Position numbers and translations under genes: made by a program
Notes under the pieces: model-generated
Databases searched by the model: none
What the model was told of the DNA's origin: nothing
The model's input: the letters and a program-made list of their open reading frames with translations, nothing else
In this document: positions 1 to 8,575 of the stretch, one piece after another
Layout: each line of letters starts with the position of its first letter
Position numbering within the stretch: position 1 is the first letter of the stretch
Source of the DNA: Kiritimatiellia bacterium
Lineage (GTDB): Bacteria; Verrucomicrobiota; Kiritimatiellia; RFP12; UBA1067
Assembly: GCA_045537795.1 (NCBI GenBank)
Contig: JAZSQE010000016.1
Location: 16,968-80,967 of the forward strand
Reading direction: 5' to 3'
Length of the DNA stretch: 64,000 nt

Positions 1-810
1 GATTACGCCGCGAGCCGCAAGCAGTTCGGCGTTACGATCGACAGTTTCCCTGCGCTAAGGGATTTGCTGTGCACGATGTCTGTCGAGCTTCAGGCCAGTC
101 GCGCTCTCGCGTATTATTCGTCGAAGTGCGTCGACATGGAGGCGGGCCTTACCCGCAGATTCGAGTCGCTGAAGGGCACGCCCGAAGCGGCCGCCGCGAG
201 AGGACGCATGAAAGCGTACGCGCTTTTCAACAAGATGCTCACGCCCATGGCGAAGTACTACGCTTCCGAGATGTCGATGCGCGCCGCCAACGGCGCCGTT
301 GCCGTACTCGGCGGTTCCGGGTTCATGAAGGATTACCCCGTCGAACGCTATCTGCGCGACAGCCGCATCACTACGATCTACGAAGGAACTTCTCAGCTTC
401 AGGTCATCGCCGCGATCGCTGGCGTGACGGGCGGTCTCGTGAAGGACGTTCTCGCCGACATCATGGCGGGCGTCGAACTTGACGACTGCTTGAAGGCGGC
501 GTACGCCGAGGTCGAGGCGCTCGAGGCCGAACTCGCTTCGGCGGTCGAATTCGTGAAAGCGCACCCCTGCGGCAAAGATTACCACGATCTTCACGCGCGC
601 GAGCTCGTCGATGCGGCGATCGCCGCCATCTGCGGCGCTCTTCTCGTGCGCATCGCCGCGAAGTTCCCGGAAAAGAAGCCCGTGCTCGGGCACTGGCTCG
701 CGAAGGAATTCCCGAAAGTGAAGGGCGATCTTTCCAAAGCGAAGAGCGGTTATACGGCGAGCGTCGACCTCTTCGACTCCCTCGCGCCGATGGTCGAGCC
801 GCTCGACTGA
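1..810 (+). CDS. Acyl-CoA dehydrogenase, C-terminal part (5' end lies outside the window)
   Basis: Frame 1 is open from base 1 ([10 protein letters not shown]). ACAD motifs [39 protein letters not shown]. Confidence 0.92.
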   Translation, partial: DYAASRKQFGVTIDSFPALRDLLCTMSVELQASRALAYYSSKCVDMEAGLTRRFESLKGTPEAAAARGRMKAYALFNKMLTPMAKYYASEMSMRAANGAVAVLGGSGFMKDYPVERYLRDSRITTIYEGTSQLQVIAAIAGVTGGLVKDVLADIMAGVELDDCLKAAYAEVEALEAELASAVEFVKAHPCGKDYHDLHARELVDAAIAAICGALLVRIAAKFPEKKPVLGHWLAKEFPKVKGDLSKAKSGYTASVDLFDSLAPMVEPLD

Positions 811-826
811 AAAAAGGAGTTGTGCG

Positions 827-1870
827 GTGAAGGTTCTCGTCACGGGCGGCAGCGGATTTCTCGGCATAAATCTCATCAGGTTTCTGCGCGGGAAGGGCGT
901 AGAGGAAATACGCGTTCTTGATATCGCGGATTTCGACTATCCCGAGAAGAACGAGCCGTGGCTGAAGTTCACGCTTGGCGATGTGCGCGACATTCCGGCC
1001 GTGGAGAACGTGACGCGGGGCTGCGATGTCGTCGTTCACTGCGCTGCGGCTCTTCCGCTCTACAGCGAAGAGGATATTTTCACGACCGAGGTCGACGGGT
1101 GCAGAAACGTCCTCAACGCCGCGCGCAAGTTCAATCTCGATCGAATGATCCAGATTTCGTCCACGGCGGTGTACGGCGTTCCGAAGAAGCACCCGATCTT
1201 CGAGACCGATCCTCTCGTCGGAGTGGGGCCCTACGGTCAGGCGAAGATCGATGCCGAGAATATATGCCGCGAGGCGATAAAGGACGGCTACTGCGTTTCG
1301 ATCATCCGTCCGAAGTCGTTTGTCGGACCTGAGCGTCTCGGAGTTTTCGCGCTTTTCTACGACTGGGCGTACACGGGACACGGCTTTCCCATGATCGGCA
1401 GCGGCGAGAACCGCTATCAGCTTATGGATGTCGACGATCTTGACCGCGCGATCTGGAGTGCGATGACCGGCGCGAAGGATGTCGTCAATACGGAGTTCAA
1501 CATCGGCGCGAAGGAATTCACGACGATGAAGGAGGATTATCAGGCCGTTCTCGACCGCGCCGGCCACGGCAAGAAGATAAAAGGAATGCCTGTTAAGCCT
1601 CTCATCTTCATTCTTCGCATTCTTGAAAAGCTCCATCTCTCGCCGCTTTATCCCTGGGTCTACGAGACGGCGTCGACCGACAGTTTCGTTTCTATCGAAA
1701 AGGCCGAGAAACTCCTCGGTTACGCGCCGAAATATTCGAACAAGGCCGCTCTCGTGAGAAACTACGACTGGTACGTCGAACATATCGACGAGTTCAAGGG
1801 CAAAAGCGGCGTCAGCCACCGCGTTCCCTGGAAGCAGGGCATGCTCGCGCTCGCGAAGTTTTTCTTTTAA
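827..1870 (+). CDS. NAD-dependent epimerase/dehydratase (extended SDR, 3-beta-HSD-like)
   Basis: [11 protein letters not shown] Rossmann motif, SSTAVYG, catalytic YGQAK (YxxxK). AAGGAG RBS before the GTG. Confidence 0.9.
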   Translation: MKVLVTGGSGFLGINLIRFLRGKGVEEIRVLDIADFDYPEKNEPWLKFTLGDVRDIPAVENVTRGCDVVVHCAAALPLYSEEDIFTTEVDGCRNVLNAARKFNLDRMIQISSTAVYGVPKKHPIFETDPLVGVGPYGQAKIDAENICREAIKDGYCVSIIRPKSFVGPERLGVFALFYDWAYTGHGFPMIGSGENRYQLMDVDDLDRAIWSAMTGAKDVVNTEFNIGAKEFTTMKEDYQAVLDRAGHGKKIKGMPVKPLIFILRILEKLHLSPLYPWVYETASTDSFVSIEKAEKLLGYAPKYSNKAALVRNYDWYVEHIDEFKGKSGVSHRVPWKQGMLALAKFFF

Positions 1871-2668
1871 ATGAAAAAACTCTCCGTCGTAATCCCCACG
1901 CGGAACGAAGAGGCCAATATCGCCGCCTGTATCGGGGCGTTTGGCGCGTTCGGGGACGATGTCGAGATCATCGTTGTCGACAACGCTTCCAGCGACGCGA
2001 CGAAAGAGATAGCCGCGTCGCTCGGCGCCGCCGTTTTCGATCAAGGGCCGGAGCGCTGCGCCCAGCGCAACAAAGGCTGGAGAACGGCGAGGGCGCGGCA
2101 CGTAATGTTCGTGGATGCCGACATGATCGTTCAGGAAGATACCGTGAGGGAGATCCTTTCGTTCGTCGACGAAGATGTCGAGGCCCTGTTCGTGAGAGAG
2201 GTGCGTGCAGGGTCTTCGTTGCGCGTCAAGGCGCGCAATTTCGAGCGTTCTTTCTACGACGGCACTGTGATAGACGCTTTTCGCGTGATTCGCCGCGATC
2301 TTCTTGAGCGTGTCGGCGGGTATGATGAAAATCTCATCGCCTGCGAAGATTGGGATCTCGACAGGCGCCTTTCGGAAATCGGCGTCAGAGGAAAACTTAC
2401 GAAAGGGTATCTGCTTCACAACGAAGCGGGACAGAGTTTAAGGACGCTTCTCGCGAAAAAGGCCTATTATTCAACGTCGGTCGACAGATACCGCATGAAA
2501 TGGAAGGGCGACAAAGCGGCAAGTCTCCAGTTTTCGCCCGTCTACCGTTATTTCGGAGTGTTCGCGGAAAAAGGCGGATGGCGGAAGATTCTTCGCCATC
2601 CCGTCCTTTTCGCGGTTATGATGTTTGAACGCATCGCCGTCGGCATCGTCTATCTTCTGAAGCGCTGA
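1871..2668 (+). CDS. Glycosyltransferase family 2
   Basis: LSVVIPTRNEE, IIVVDNASSD, RNKG, FVDAD (DxD), GGYDE...EDWDL. Confidence 0.92.
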   Translation: MKKLSVVIPTRNEEANIAACIGAFGAFGDDVEIIVVDNASSDATKEIAASLGAAVFDQGPERCAQRNKGWRTARARHVMFVDADMIVQEDTVREILSFVDEDVEALFVREVRAGSSLRVKARNFERSFYDGTVIDAFRVIRRDLLERVGGYDENLIACEDWDLDRRLSEIGVRGKLTKGYLLHNEAGQSLRTLLAKKAYYSTSVDRYRMKWKGDKAASLQFSPVYRYFGVFAEKGGWRKILRHPVLFAVMMFERIAVGIVYLLKR

Positions 2669-2680
2669 CCAAGGGGTGCT

Positions 2681-3472
2681 TCACCTGCCGCCCGTTTCGG
2701 GCAGCGGCTGCGGGTCTGCGGGGCGCAGCAGAAGCGAAGGGTTTTCGTTCAGAGAACGCATCAGTTCCTTTAGGCGGGATGACATGTCCTCCATGTTCTG
2801 GAGGATCGACGCGACTGTCGAGCGTTGTCCTTCGACGAGTGCGTCGGCGTTCGATGCCAGACGGGCGGCGGAAGACGCGACGGTGGTGATGTTGCTCCAC
2901 AATGACATGAAATCCATTTTGTTGAGCTGATTCATGACTTTTGTCGCGGCGTCAGAAAAACTTTCGAGAAGCGACGGCGCCGGCGGTATCACGGCATACT
3001 TGGGACGCCATGAAAGTTTTTCCGCAGCCGGCGGATTTTCAAGGATGTTGAGTTCAATCCGCGAAAGGCCTGTTATGCCGCTCGAGGATACCGTCGCGCG
3101 AAGTCCGCGTTTTACGAATTCATCTACCGCGCGGCGGCACTGTTCTTCGGAAGGGGTGTCGTGTATGTCGATTTTGCGCAGATCGAGAGACATGAGTATC
3201 CTGATGCGCTGCGCGTCGATCGTGCTGATGTCTCCGGCTCTCGGGCCTGCGAGTTTGATGTATTTGACTTCTCCGATCTTGAGGCCTCTGAAGTTGACGG
3301 GACTGCCCGGAGAAAGTCCGTTGACCGGATAGTCGTAATATGTTTCGACGAGGATTTTCGATTTTTCGCCGCCGAGTCCGCCGAGATAGACGAGGCTCGC
3401 CGTTATCGCGGCGACGGCGGCGATCAGTGTGAATCCGATGATGGTGTATTTCGGCTTGTTGTCCTGTGACAT
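2681..3472 (-). CDS. mlaD: MCE/MlaD-family protein
   Basis: N-terminal TM helix, then VNGLSPGSPVNFRGLKIGEV (MCE domain) and SGITG. Last gene of an Mla-type operon. Confidence 0.88.
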   Translation of the reverse strand: MSQDNKPKYTIIGFTLIAAVAAITASLVYLGGLGGEKSKILVETYYDYPVNGLSPGSPVNFRGLKIGEVKYIKLAGPRAGDISTIDAQRIRILMSLDLRKIDIHDTPSEEQCRRAVDEFVKRGLRATVSSSGITGLSRIELNILENPPAAEKLSWRPKYAVIPPAPSLLESFSDAATKVMNQLNKMDFMSLWSNITTVASSAARLASNADALVEGQRSTVASILQNMEDMSSRLKELMRSLNENPSLLLRPADPQPLPETGGR

Positions 3473-3473
3473 G

Positions 3474-4220
3474 TCATGCCCCCCGGTTGAAGAATTTTTT
3501 TACGAAATCGTCGTCGCTCGAGTCCCTGAGCAGAGCGGGTTCTCCGAGCGCTATCATGCCGCGGCGCTCCTTGTCAAACATCGCGCAGCGGTCCGCGATT
3601 TTGAAAATGCTCGGCAGTTCGTGAGTAACCACCACGAACGTCATGGATTTCTCTTTTCTGAGTCTGAGTATGAGATCATCGAGCGCTGCCGACGTTACGG
3701 GGTCGAGCCCCGCGCTCGGTTCGTCAAAGAAAACGACGAGCGGGTCGAGAGCCATCGCGCGCGCGATGGCGACGCGCTTGCGCATGCCGCCGGAGATTTC
3801 TCCCGGCATTTTGTGCGCCGCGTCGGCAAGACCGACCTCGTCGAGAAGCGCGAGCGCTTTTTCGCGGCGGCTGCGCCGTGCGAGCCCGGAAAATTCATCG
3901 AGCGGCAGAAGCACGTTTTCAAGGCACGTCATTGAGCCGAAGAGCGCGCCGCTCTGATACATGACGCCGATGCGGCGGCAGAGGGAGGCGCGCGTGCGCG
4001 AGTTCCAGGTCGTGCCGTTGATCGTCAGTTCTCCGCCGAGAACCGGGTTGAGACCTATCATGTGTTTCATGATCGTCGATTTGCCGCATCCCGAACCTCC
4101 GAGCAGAACGAATATCTCGCCGCGTCGGACGCTGAACGACACGTTTTCCAGAATGACGGCTCCGGGATACCCCGCGTCGACGTTTTTCAGTTCGATAATG
4201 GGTGTCTCGCTCACGCTCAT
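3474..4220 (-). CDS. mlaF: MlaF-type ABC transporter ATP-binding protein
   Basis: Walker A GGSGCGKST, signature ISGGMRKRVAIARA, FFDEPSAGLDP, VTHEL. Start placed at the ATGA overlap with the mlaE stop. Confidence 0.92.
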   Translation of the reverse strand: MSVSETPIIELKNVDAGYPGAVILENVSFSVRRGEIFVLLGGSGCGKSTIMKHMIGLNPVLGGELTINGTTWNSRTRASLCRRIGVMYQSGALFGSMTCLENVLLPLDEFSGLARRSRREKALALLDEVGLADAAHKMPGEISGGMRKRVAIARAMALDPLVVFFDEPSAGLDPVTSAALDDLILRLRKEKSMTFVVVTHELPSIFKIADRCAMFDKERRGMIALGEPALLRDSSDDDFVKKFFNRGA

Positions 4221-5008
4221 ACCCCCCAGATGTAGCACAGCACCGCCAAGACGCCGTCGGCGACGGCGATGGCGATTATCCCCCCGACGACGGCCGAGGT
4301 CGCCGCCGTGCCGACGCCGTCCGCGGTGGATTTCGTGCGAATCCCCGCGCAGCAGCCGACGAGACCGATCAGCAAACCGAAAAGCGCAGCTTTGCCAAGG
4401 CCGAAAAGTATCATGAAGGAGTCCGTGGCCTGCGTGACGTTGTTCCAGTATACGGCGGACGGGACATCCATCAGCCTAAGTACGACAGCGCCGCCTGCAA
4501 GCCCCGCGAGTTCAACGAAAACCGTCAGTACCGGCATCGCGAGAATCGCGGCGACGACACGCGGCATCATGAGGAATCTGACGGGCGGCAGCCCCATTGT
4601 GGTCAAGGCGTCGAGTTCTTCGTCGACTTTCATGGTGCCTATTTCGGCTGCGAAGGCGCTGCCCGAACGGCCGGCGAGAAGGATCGCGGTCACGAGAGGG
4701 CCGAGTTCGCGGAAAAGCGCTATCGCGAGCATGTCGGCGACATACGTCTCCACGCCGAACGTCTTGAGCGCCGCCGCCGATTGGAACGCGAGAATCAGCC
4801 CGAGCAGGAAGCCTACCGCGGCGGATACGGGCAACCCCTCGAACGCGGCCCGCTGGAAGGCGAGCGCCGAATCCGAAAATCGGAATCTTCCCGGTTTGAA
4901 AATCATCATGAAGGCTTCGGCCGCCGTCTCGCCCAGAACGGACATGGCTCCCGCGAAGCCGGAAAGCGCGGCGCAAAACCTCTTGCCGATGTGCGCGAAA
5001 ACGTTCAT
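4217..5008 (-). CDS. mlaE: MlaE-type ABC permease
   Basis: RELGPLVTAILLAGRSGSAFAAEIGTMKVDEELDAL is the MlaE hallmark. Confidence 0.93.
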   Translation of the reverse strand: MNVFAHIGKRFCAALSGFAGAMSVLGETAAEAFMMIFKPGRFRFSDSALAFQRAAFEGLPVSAAVGFLLGLILAFQSAAALKTFGVETYVADMLAIALFRELGPLVTAILLAGRSGSAFAAEIGTMKVDEELDALTTMGLPPVRFLMMPRVVAAILAMPVLTVFVELAGLAGGAVVLRLMDVPSAVYWNNVTQATDSFMILFGLGKAALFGLLIGLVGCCAGIRTKSTADGVGTAATSAVVGGIIAIAVADGVLAVLCYIWGV

Positions 5009-5598
5009 TTGCCGGTTTGCAGCGATTTGACCGCGGAGGCGAGCGCATCGGAGAACGCCTTAGAGAACGGCTCCGAGAATCCTTCGCCGTCGGCGACGGG
5101 TTCGGCGGCTTCGGCGGAGGAAACCGCGATCACGGTTCTGTTTGCTACGGCCGTCAGGGTAAGGGCGACGGATGCGAGGCGTTCGTTTTCTTTGCGGCAG
5201 TCCAGCGCGAGACGTGTCACGGACAGTTCAAGGTTTACGGGGGCGTATGCGCAAGAGGTCGCCGCGAGAGTCTGTCTGAACGCCCGGCTCTCTCTGAGCA
5301 CGTCGAGAGCGGCTCCTTTGAGCAGCGCCGAGGGGTGGTCGGCGAAAACGTTGAACGCGTCGAACGCGATTGAGCCGTCCCGGCGCAGAACCGCCAGACG
5401 CATGCCGTTGTACGGAGATCTGACGTCGACGTGCAGAAGTTTCGCGTCCTTCCCGCGCGCGAGGGTTTCCGCGGTACATGCGGAAGACCTCTTCCATTCT
5501 ATCGTCCAGTTCGTAGGCGCCTTCGGGGCGGAGGTCATGCACCCTGCGGCGAAAAGAGCGAGCGCGTAAAGCGCGTAAATGGAGACGTGTTTTTTCAT
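5005..5598 (-). CDS. ABC-transport auxiliary lipoprotein (PqiC-like)
   Basis: Lipobox-like FAAGC; FDAFNVFADHPSALL resembles the PqiC-type core; first gene of the MCE operon. Confidence 0.7.
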   Translation of the reverse strand: MKKHVSIYALYALALFAAGCMTSAPKAPTNWTIEWKRSSACTAETLARGKDAKLLHVDVRSPYNGMRLAVLRRDGSIAFDAFNVFADHPSALLKGAALDVLRESRAFRQTLAATSCAYAPVNLELSVTRLALDCRKENERLASVALTLTAVANRTVIAVSSAEAAEPVADGEGFSEPFSKAFSDALASAVKSLQTGK

Positions 5599-5605
5599 GG
5601 CTCCA

Positions 5606-5614
5606 ATTATACCA
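5606..5614 (-). promoter_or_regulatory. Extended -10 promoter (TGGTATAAT) of the Mla operon, probably leaderless
   Basis: Reverse complement of ATTATACCA; only 7 nt separate it from the ATG at 5598. Confidence 0.65.
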
Positions 5615-5630
5615 TAAAAAATGAGGAAAA

Positions 5631-5639
5631 TGATATAAT
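5631..5639 (+). promoter_or_regulatory. Extended -10 promoter (TGATATAAT), divergent from the Mla operon
   Basis: Exact TGnTATAAT in an AT-rich intergenic gap; AAAGGAA RBS-like sequence downstream. Confidence 0.65.
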
Positions 5640-5675
5640 ATCCACAACCGCGAAAGGAATTAAAGGAATATCAGC

Positions 5676-6074
5676 ATGACAAGAAGCGATTCATCAAATC
5701 ATCATTTCACGACGAGGTACGGCGGCGTGAGCGCGTGGGACGTCATCTACAGCGAAGCGTCGCCGCTTCTTCAGCAGCAGATCGATACGGGCAACACGTT
5801 CAACACGGGCGAAGACGTCGTCGCGCTTCTGAAGAAATACGCCGGGCGCCATCACTCGCTTCACGCCAAGGAGAACGTTCCCACGATAGACGGCGTGTTC
5901 GGCGTGCCTCCGACGGACGGGGGCCGGTGCGTGCCGTGGGAGGAGACGCTCGCCTTCATGAAGAGCGATTCTTCCTTGAAGTGGTGGGTCGTCGAAGCCG
6001 AGGGCAGGCCGGATACGCTCGTTCCGGCGGTCGAATGCGTCCGCCGGCTCCGGCGATGGAACGCGGCTCTCTGA
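5676..6074 (+). pseudogene. Truncated sugar-phosphate isomerase/epimerase (xylose-isomerase-like TIM barrel), C-terminal half only
   Basis: QQIDTGN, SLHAKE, G..VPW and WWVVEAE match the C-terminal half of the family. The N-terminal half is absent (132 aa). Confidence 0.7.
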
Positions 6075-6105
6075 AGATCCCTGTGCTCTGCAAATCGTCC
6101 GGTTT

Positions 6106-7182
6106 ATGGTCAAATACAGGAAAATCTTCGAGTACCTCCGGCAGCAGTTGCGTGCAGGAGCCTATCCTGCAGGCGTGCCGCTTCCATCGGAGGAGGCGTT
6201 GGTACGAAAATACAAGGTTTCAAGAATCACCGCCGTGCGAGCGATGGACGAATTGGTCAAGTATGGACTCGTTTACCGCAAGCGCGGAGCCGGTACTTTC
6301 GCCTCGAGAATGGCAAGACTTGAATCGGGTCGTCTTGGGTTAATCATGCCTAGTCTTGCGTTCGGCGAGGTCTTTCCAGAGATATGTCAGGCACTCGTGC
6401 ATTGTGCGCGCAAGGATGGGTATTCGCTCGTCCTCGGCGATGTTTCGTCCGATACGCCCTCGAAGCGTGCGATTGAAGCGGCGAGGGTGGCGCGTTCGTT
6501 CGTTGAGCAGGGTGTCGTGGGGGTCTTTTTGCAGCCTCTTGCGTTTCTCAAGACGCCGAATCGCATAACGCGCGAGATTATGGCGCTTTTCGCCGAAGCG
6601 AAGATTCCTGTCGTTCTTATCGACCGTGAAGTCGAATTGCGCGACAATACGATACGTTTCGATTTTGTGGCGATAGACAATTTCTCGGCGGGCAGGATGA
6701 TCGGCGCCCACTTGAAATCGCGCGGTGCCAAACGCGTGCGGTTTTTGATGCGTCCCAATTGCGCTCCAGTGATACGAGACCGCCTTGACGGCGTCGTGAG
6801 CGCGATAGGAGGTTGCTGCGCTGAAGAGGTTGCCATTGTCGCCGAACCAGATGACGTGCGTACGCTTGGGCCGATATTCATGAAGAAAAGGCGTCCTGAT
6901 GCCGTGGTGTGCGAATCCGATTATGTGGCGGCGGTTTTCAGGAACACCCTTGCCGGATTTTCGCTTTCCGTACCCGAAGACGTAATGCTCGCAGGATTCG
7001 ACGACGTGCGTTGTGCCGTTAGCACGATTCCCCCTCTCACAACGATTCATCAGCCGTGCGAAGATATAGCTCTTTTCGCCTATAGGGCGCTGAAAGAGCG
7101 CATTCTCGATCCAGACATTCCGTCCCGGCGCATACAGGTGTCGGCGCCGCTTGTAGTTCGCGGCTCAACTTTGCGCAGGTGA
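6106..7182 (+). CDS. GntR-HTH/LacI-sensor hybrid transcriptional regulator (AraR-like)
   Basis: LPSEEALVRKYKVSRITAVRAM...RKRGAGTF (GntR wHTH) plus PEDVMLAGFDD and PPLTTIHQP (LacI-type sensor). Confidence 0.92.
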   Translation: MVKYRKIFEYLRQQLRAGAYPAGVPLPSEEALVRKYKVSRITAVRAMDELVKYGLVYRKRGAGTFASRMARLESGRLGLIMPSLAFGEVFPEICQALVHCARKDGYSLVLGDVSSDTPSKRAIEAARVARSFVEQGVVGVFLQPLAFLKTPNRITREIMALFAEAKIPVVLIDREVELRDNTIRFDFVAIDNFSAGRMIGAHLKSRGAKRVRFLMRPNCAPVIRDRLDGVVSAIGGCCAEEVAIVAEPDDVRTLGPIFMKKRRPDAVVCESDYVAAVFRNTLAGFSLSVPEDVMLAGFDDVRCAVSTIPPLTTIHQPCEDIALFAYRALKERILDPDIPSRRIQVSAPLVVRGSTLRR

Positions 7183-7191
7183 CTCTGCCAT

Positions 7192-7207
7192 AAAGTTGAC
7201 ATGTCAA
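7192..7207. promoter_or_regulatory. Putative operator AAAGTTGACATGTCAA, copy 1
   Basis: Contains the perfect 12-bp palindrome TTGACATGTCAA; identical 16-mer at 17976-17991. Confidence 0.7.
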
Positions 7208-7230
7208 AACACCTTTCTGATTCGGCGTTG

Positions 7231-7239
7231 TGATATAAT
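7231..7239 (+). promoter_or_regulatory. Extended -10 promoter (TGATATAAT), probably leaderless
   Basis: 7 nt upstream of the ATG at 7247, no SD sequence. Confidence 0.65.
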
Positions 7240-7246
7240 CGAAACC

Positions 7247-8575
7247 ATGAAAAAGCAAATGTTTTCGATTGTGCTGTCGTTGACGGCAACGGTTCTCTTC
7301 GCGCAAATGTCCGCATTCAGGGATGCAAAACTTTCGTTTGTGTCCGACAAGAGCGGTTATTACCGCATAGGCGAAGAGATGAAATTCACCATACGACTCG
7401 ATGGTGTCAATGGCGAGATTCCAGCCGGATGCGCCCTTAGGTGGTTTCGTCGTGGAGATGACCTCGGCGACAAGAACGATGCTTGTGTGAAGCGCGGACG
7501 AATTGCGCTTCCGCTTTCGGAGCCGTGTGTATGGACAACGTCTCTCGATAAGCCGGGTTTTGTCCATTTCGGCGTGTATCTTGTCGATGCGAAAGGTGTG
7601 AAAATAAAAGATGGCCGCGGGCGGAATCTCGAGTTCGAGGGAGGTGCCGGTGCCGGCTGCGATAAGATTGAAGGCGCTGGCGAGCCCGCCGATTTCGATT
7701 CATTCTGGGCGGAGCGCAAGGCGCGCCTTAAGTCCGTGCCCATGATTGTCGACCGCCGCGAGATTTTGTCGAAGGATTCCGGCGTCAAGATATACGCTGT
7801 TTCCGTACGGTGCGCCGGGGCGCGTCCGATGACCGGATATCTCACGATTCCCGCAGCCGCTTCGGAGACGAATCGTTATCCCGCCGAGTGCCGGTACGAT
7901 GGCTATTCGGGCGATATGGTCGATCATCCGCCGACGGGCGGGCCGAAGAACCGTATCTGTCTGCATATCAATGCCCATGGCTGGGAACTAGGCAGGGAAA
8001 AGGAATATTACGCGGAGTTTTACGACTCGATAAAATCCGGCGGACGCGAATATGCACAGGATCCCGCCGCCAACAAAAAAACGCGTACCGCGTATTTTCT
8101 CGGCATGACGTACCGTGTCATGCGATCTGTCGAATATGTGAAGTCTCTGCCGGAATGGGACGGCAAACGTCTTCGCGTCACCGGTGGCAGTCAAGGCGGA
8201 TTGCAAGCTCTATGGGCGGCCGCGCTTGTTCCCGGTGTCACTTTCGCCATGCCGAAGGTTCCGTGGTGCTGTGATCTCGGTTCTCGTTCGCGCTACGGCC
8301 GTATCGGGGGCTGGCGGCCGAATTATTCCGAAGCGATGGCGTATTTCGATCCCGTCAATCTCGCTCGCCGCATTCCGTCGTCCTGCAGAGTGCTCGTGAC
8401 GTGCGGACTCGGAGATTACGTCTGCCCGCCGTCGGGGATGTGCGTTTTGTACAACAACATGAAGTGTCCGAAGAAAATCGTCTGGAATCAAGGGCAACGA
8501 CATGGAGGCCCGCCATTTCCCCGCATACAAGAGTTTTCTTATCAGTCGGATGATTTCAAGGATGGAGAATGGTGA
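7247..8575 (+). CDS. Secreted acetylxylan esterase/cephalosporin-C deacetylase-like (CE7-like alpha/beta hydrolase)
   Basis: Signal peptide MKKQMFSIVLSLTATVLFA; PADFDSFW; nucleophile elbow GGSQGG; YFDPVNLA; GLGDYVCPP. Confidence 0.88.
   Translation: MKKQMFSIVLSLTATVLFAQMSAFRDAKLSFVSDKSGYYRIGEEMKFTIRLDGVNGEIPAGCALRWFRRGDDLGDKNDACVKRGRIALPLSEPCVWTTSLDKPGFVHFGVYLVDAKGVKIKDGRGRNLEFEGGAGAGCDKIEGAGEPADFDSFWAERKARLKSVPMIVDRREILSKDSGVKIYAVSVRCAGARPMTGYLTIPAAASETNRYPAECRYDGYSGDMVDHPPTGGPKNRICLHINAHGWELGREKEYYAEFYDSIKSGGREYAQDPAANKKTRTAYFLGMTYRVMRSVEYVKSLPEWDGKRLRVTGGSQGGLQALWAAALVPGVTFAMPKVPWCCDLGSRSRYGRIGGWRPNYSEAMAYFDPVNLARRIPSSCRVLVTCGLGDYVCPPSGMCVLYNNMKCPKKIVWNQGQRHGGPPFPRIQEFSYQSDDFKDGEW

Noticed and set aside
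461-2419. 652-aa minus-strand ORF
   Set aside because: Antisense shadow of the epimerase and GT2 genes in GC-rich DNA; no motifs.
3467-3476. TGACATGTCA, core of the putative operator
   Set aside because: Explained by the mlaF stop/mlaD start junction (TGA-C-ATG-TCA); lacks the flanks and a promoter.
7196-7201. TTGACA as a -35 box
   Set aside because: 32 bp from the TATAAT, far beyond 16-19 bp; better read as an operator half-site.
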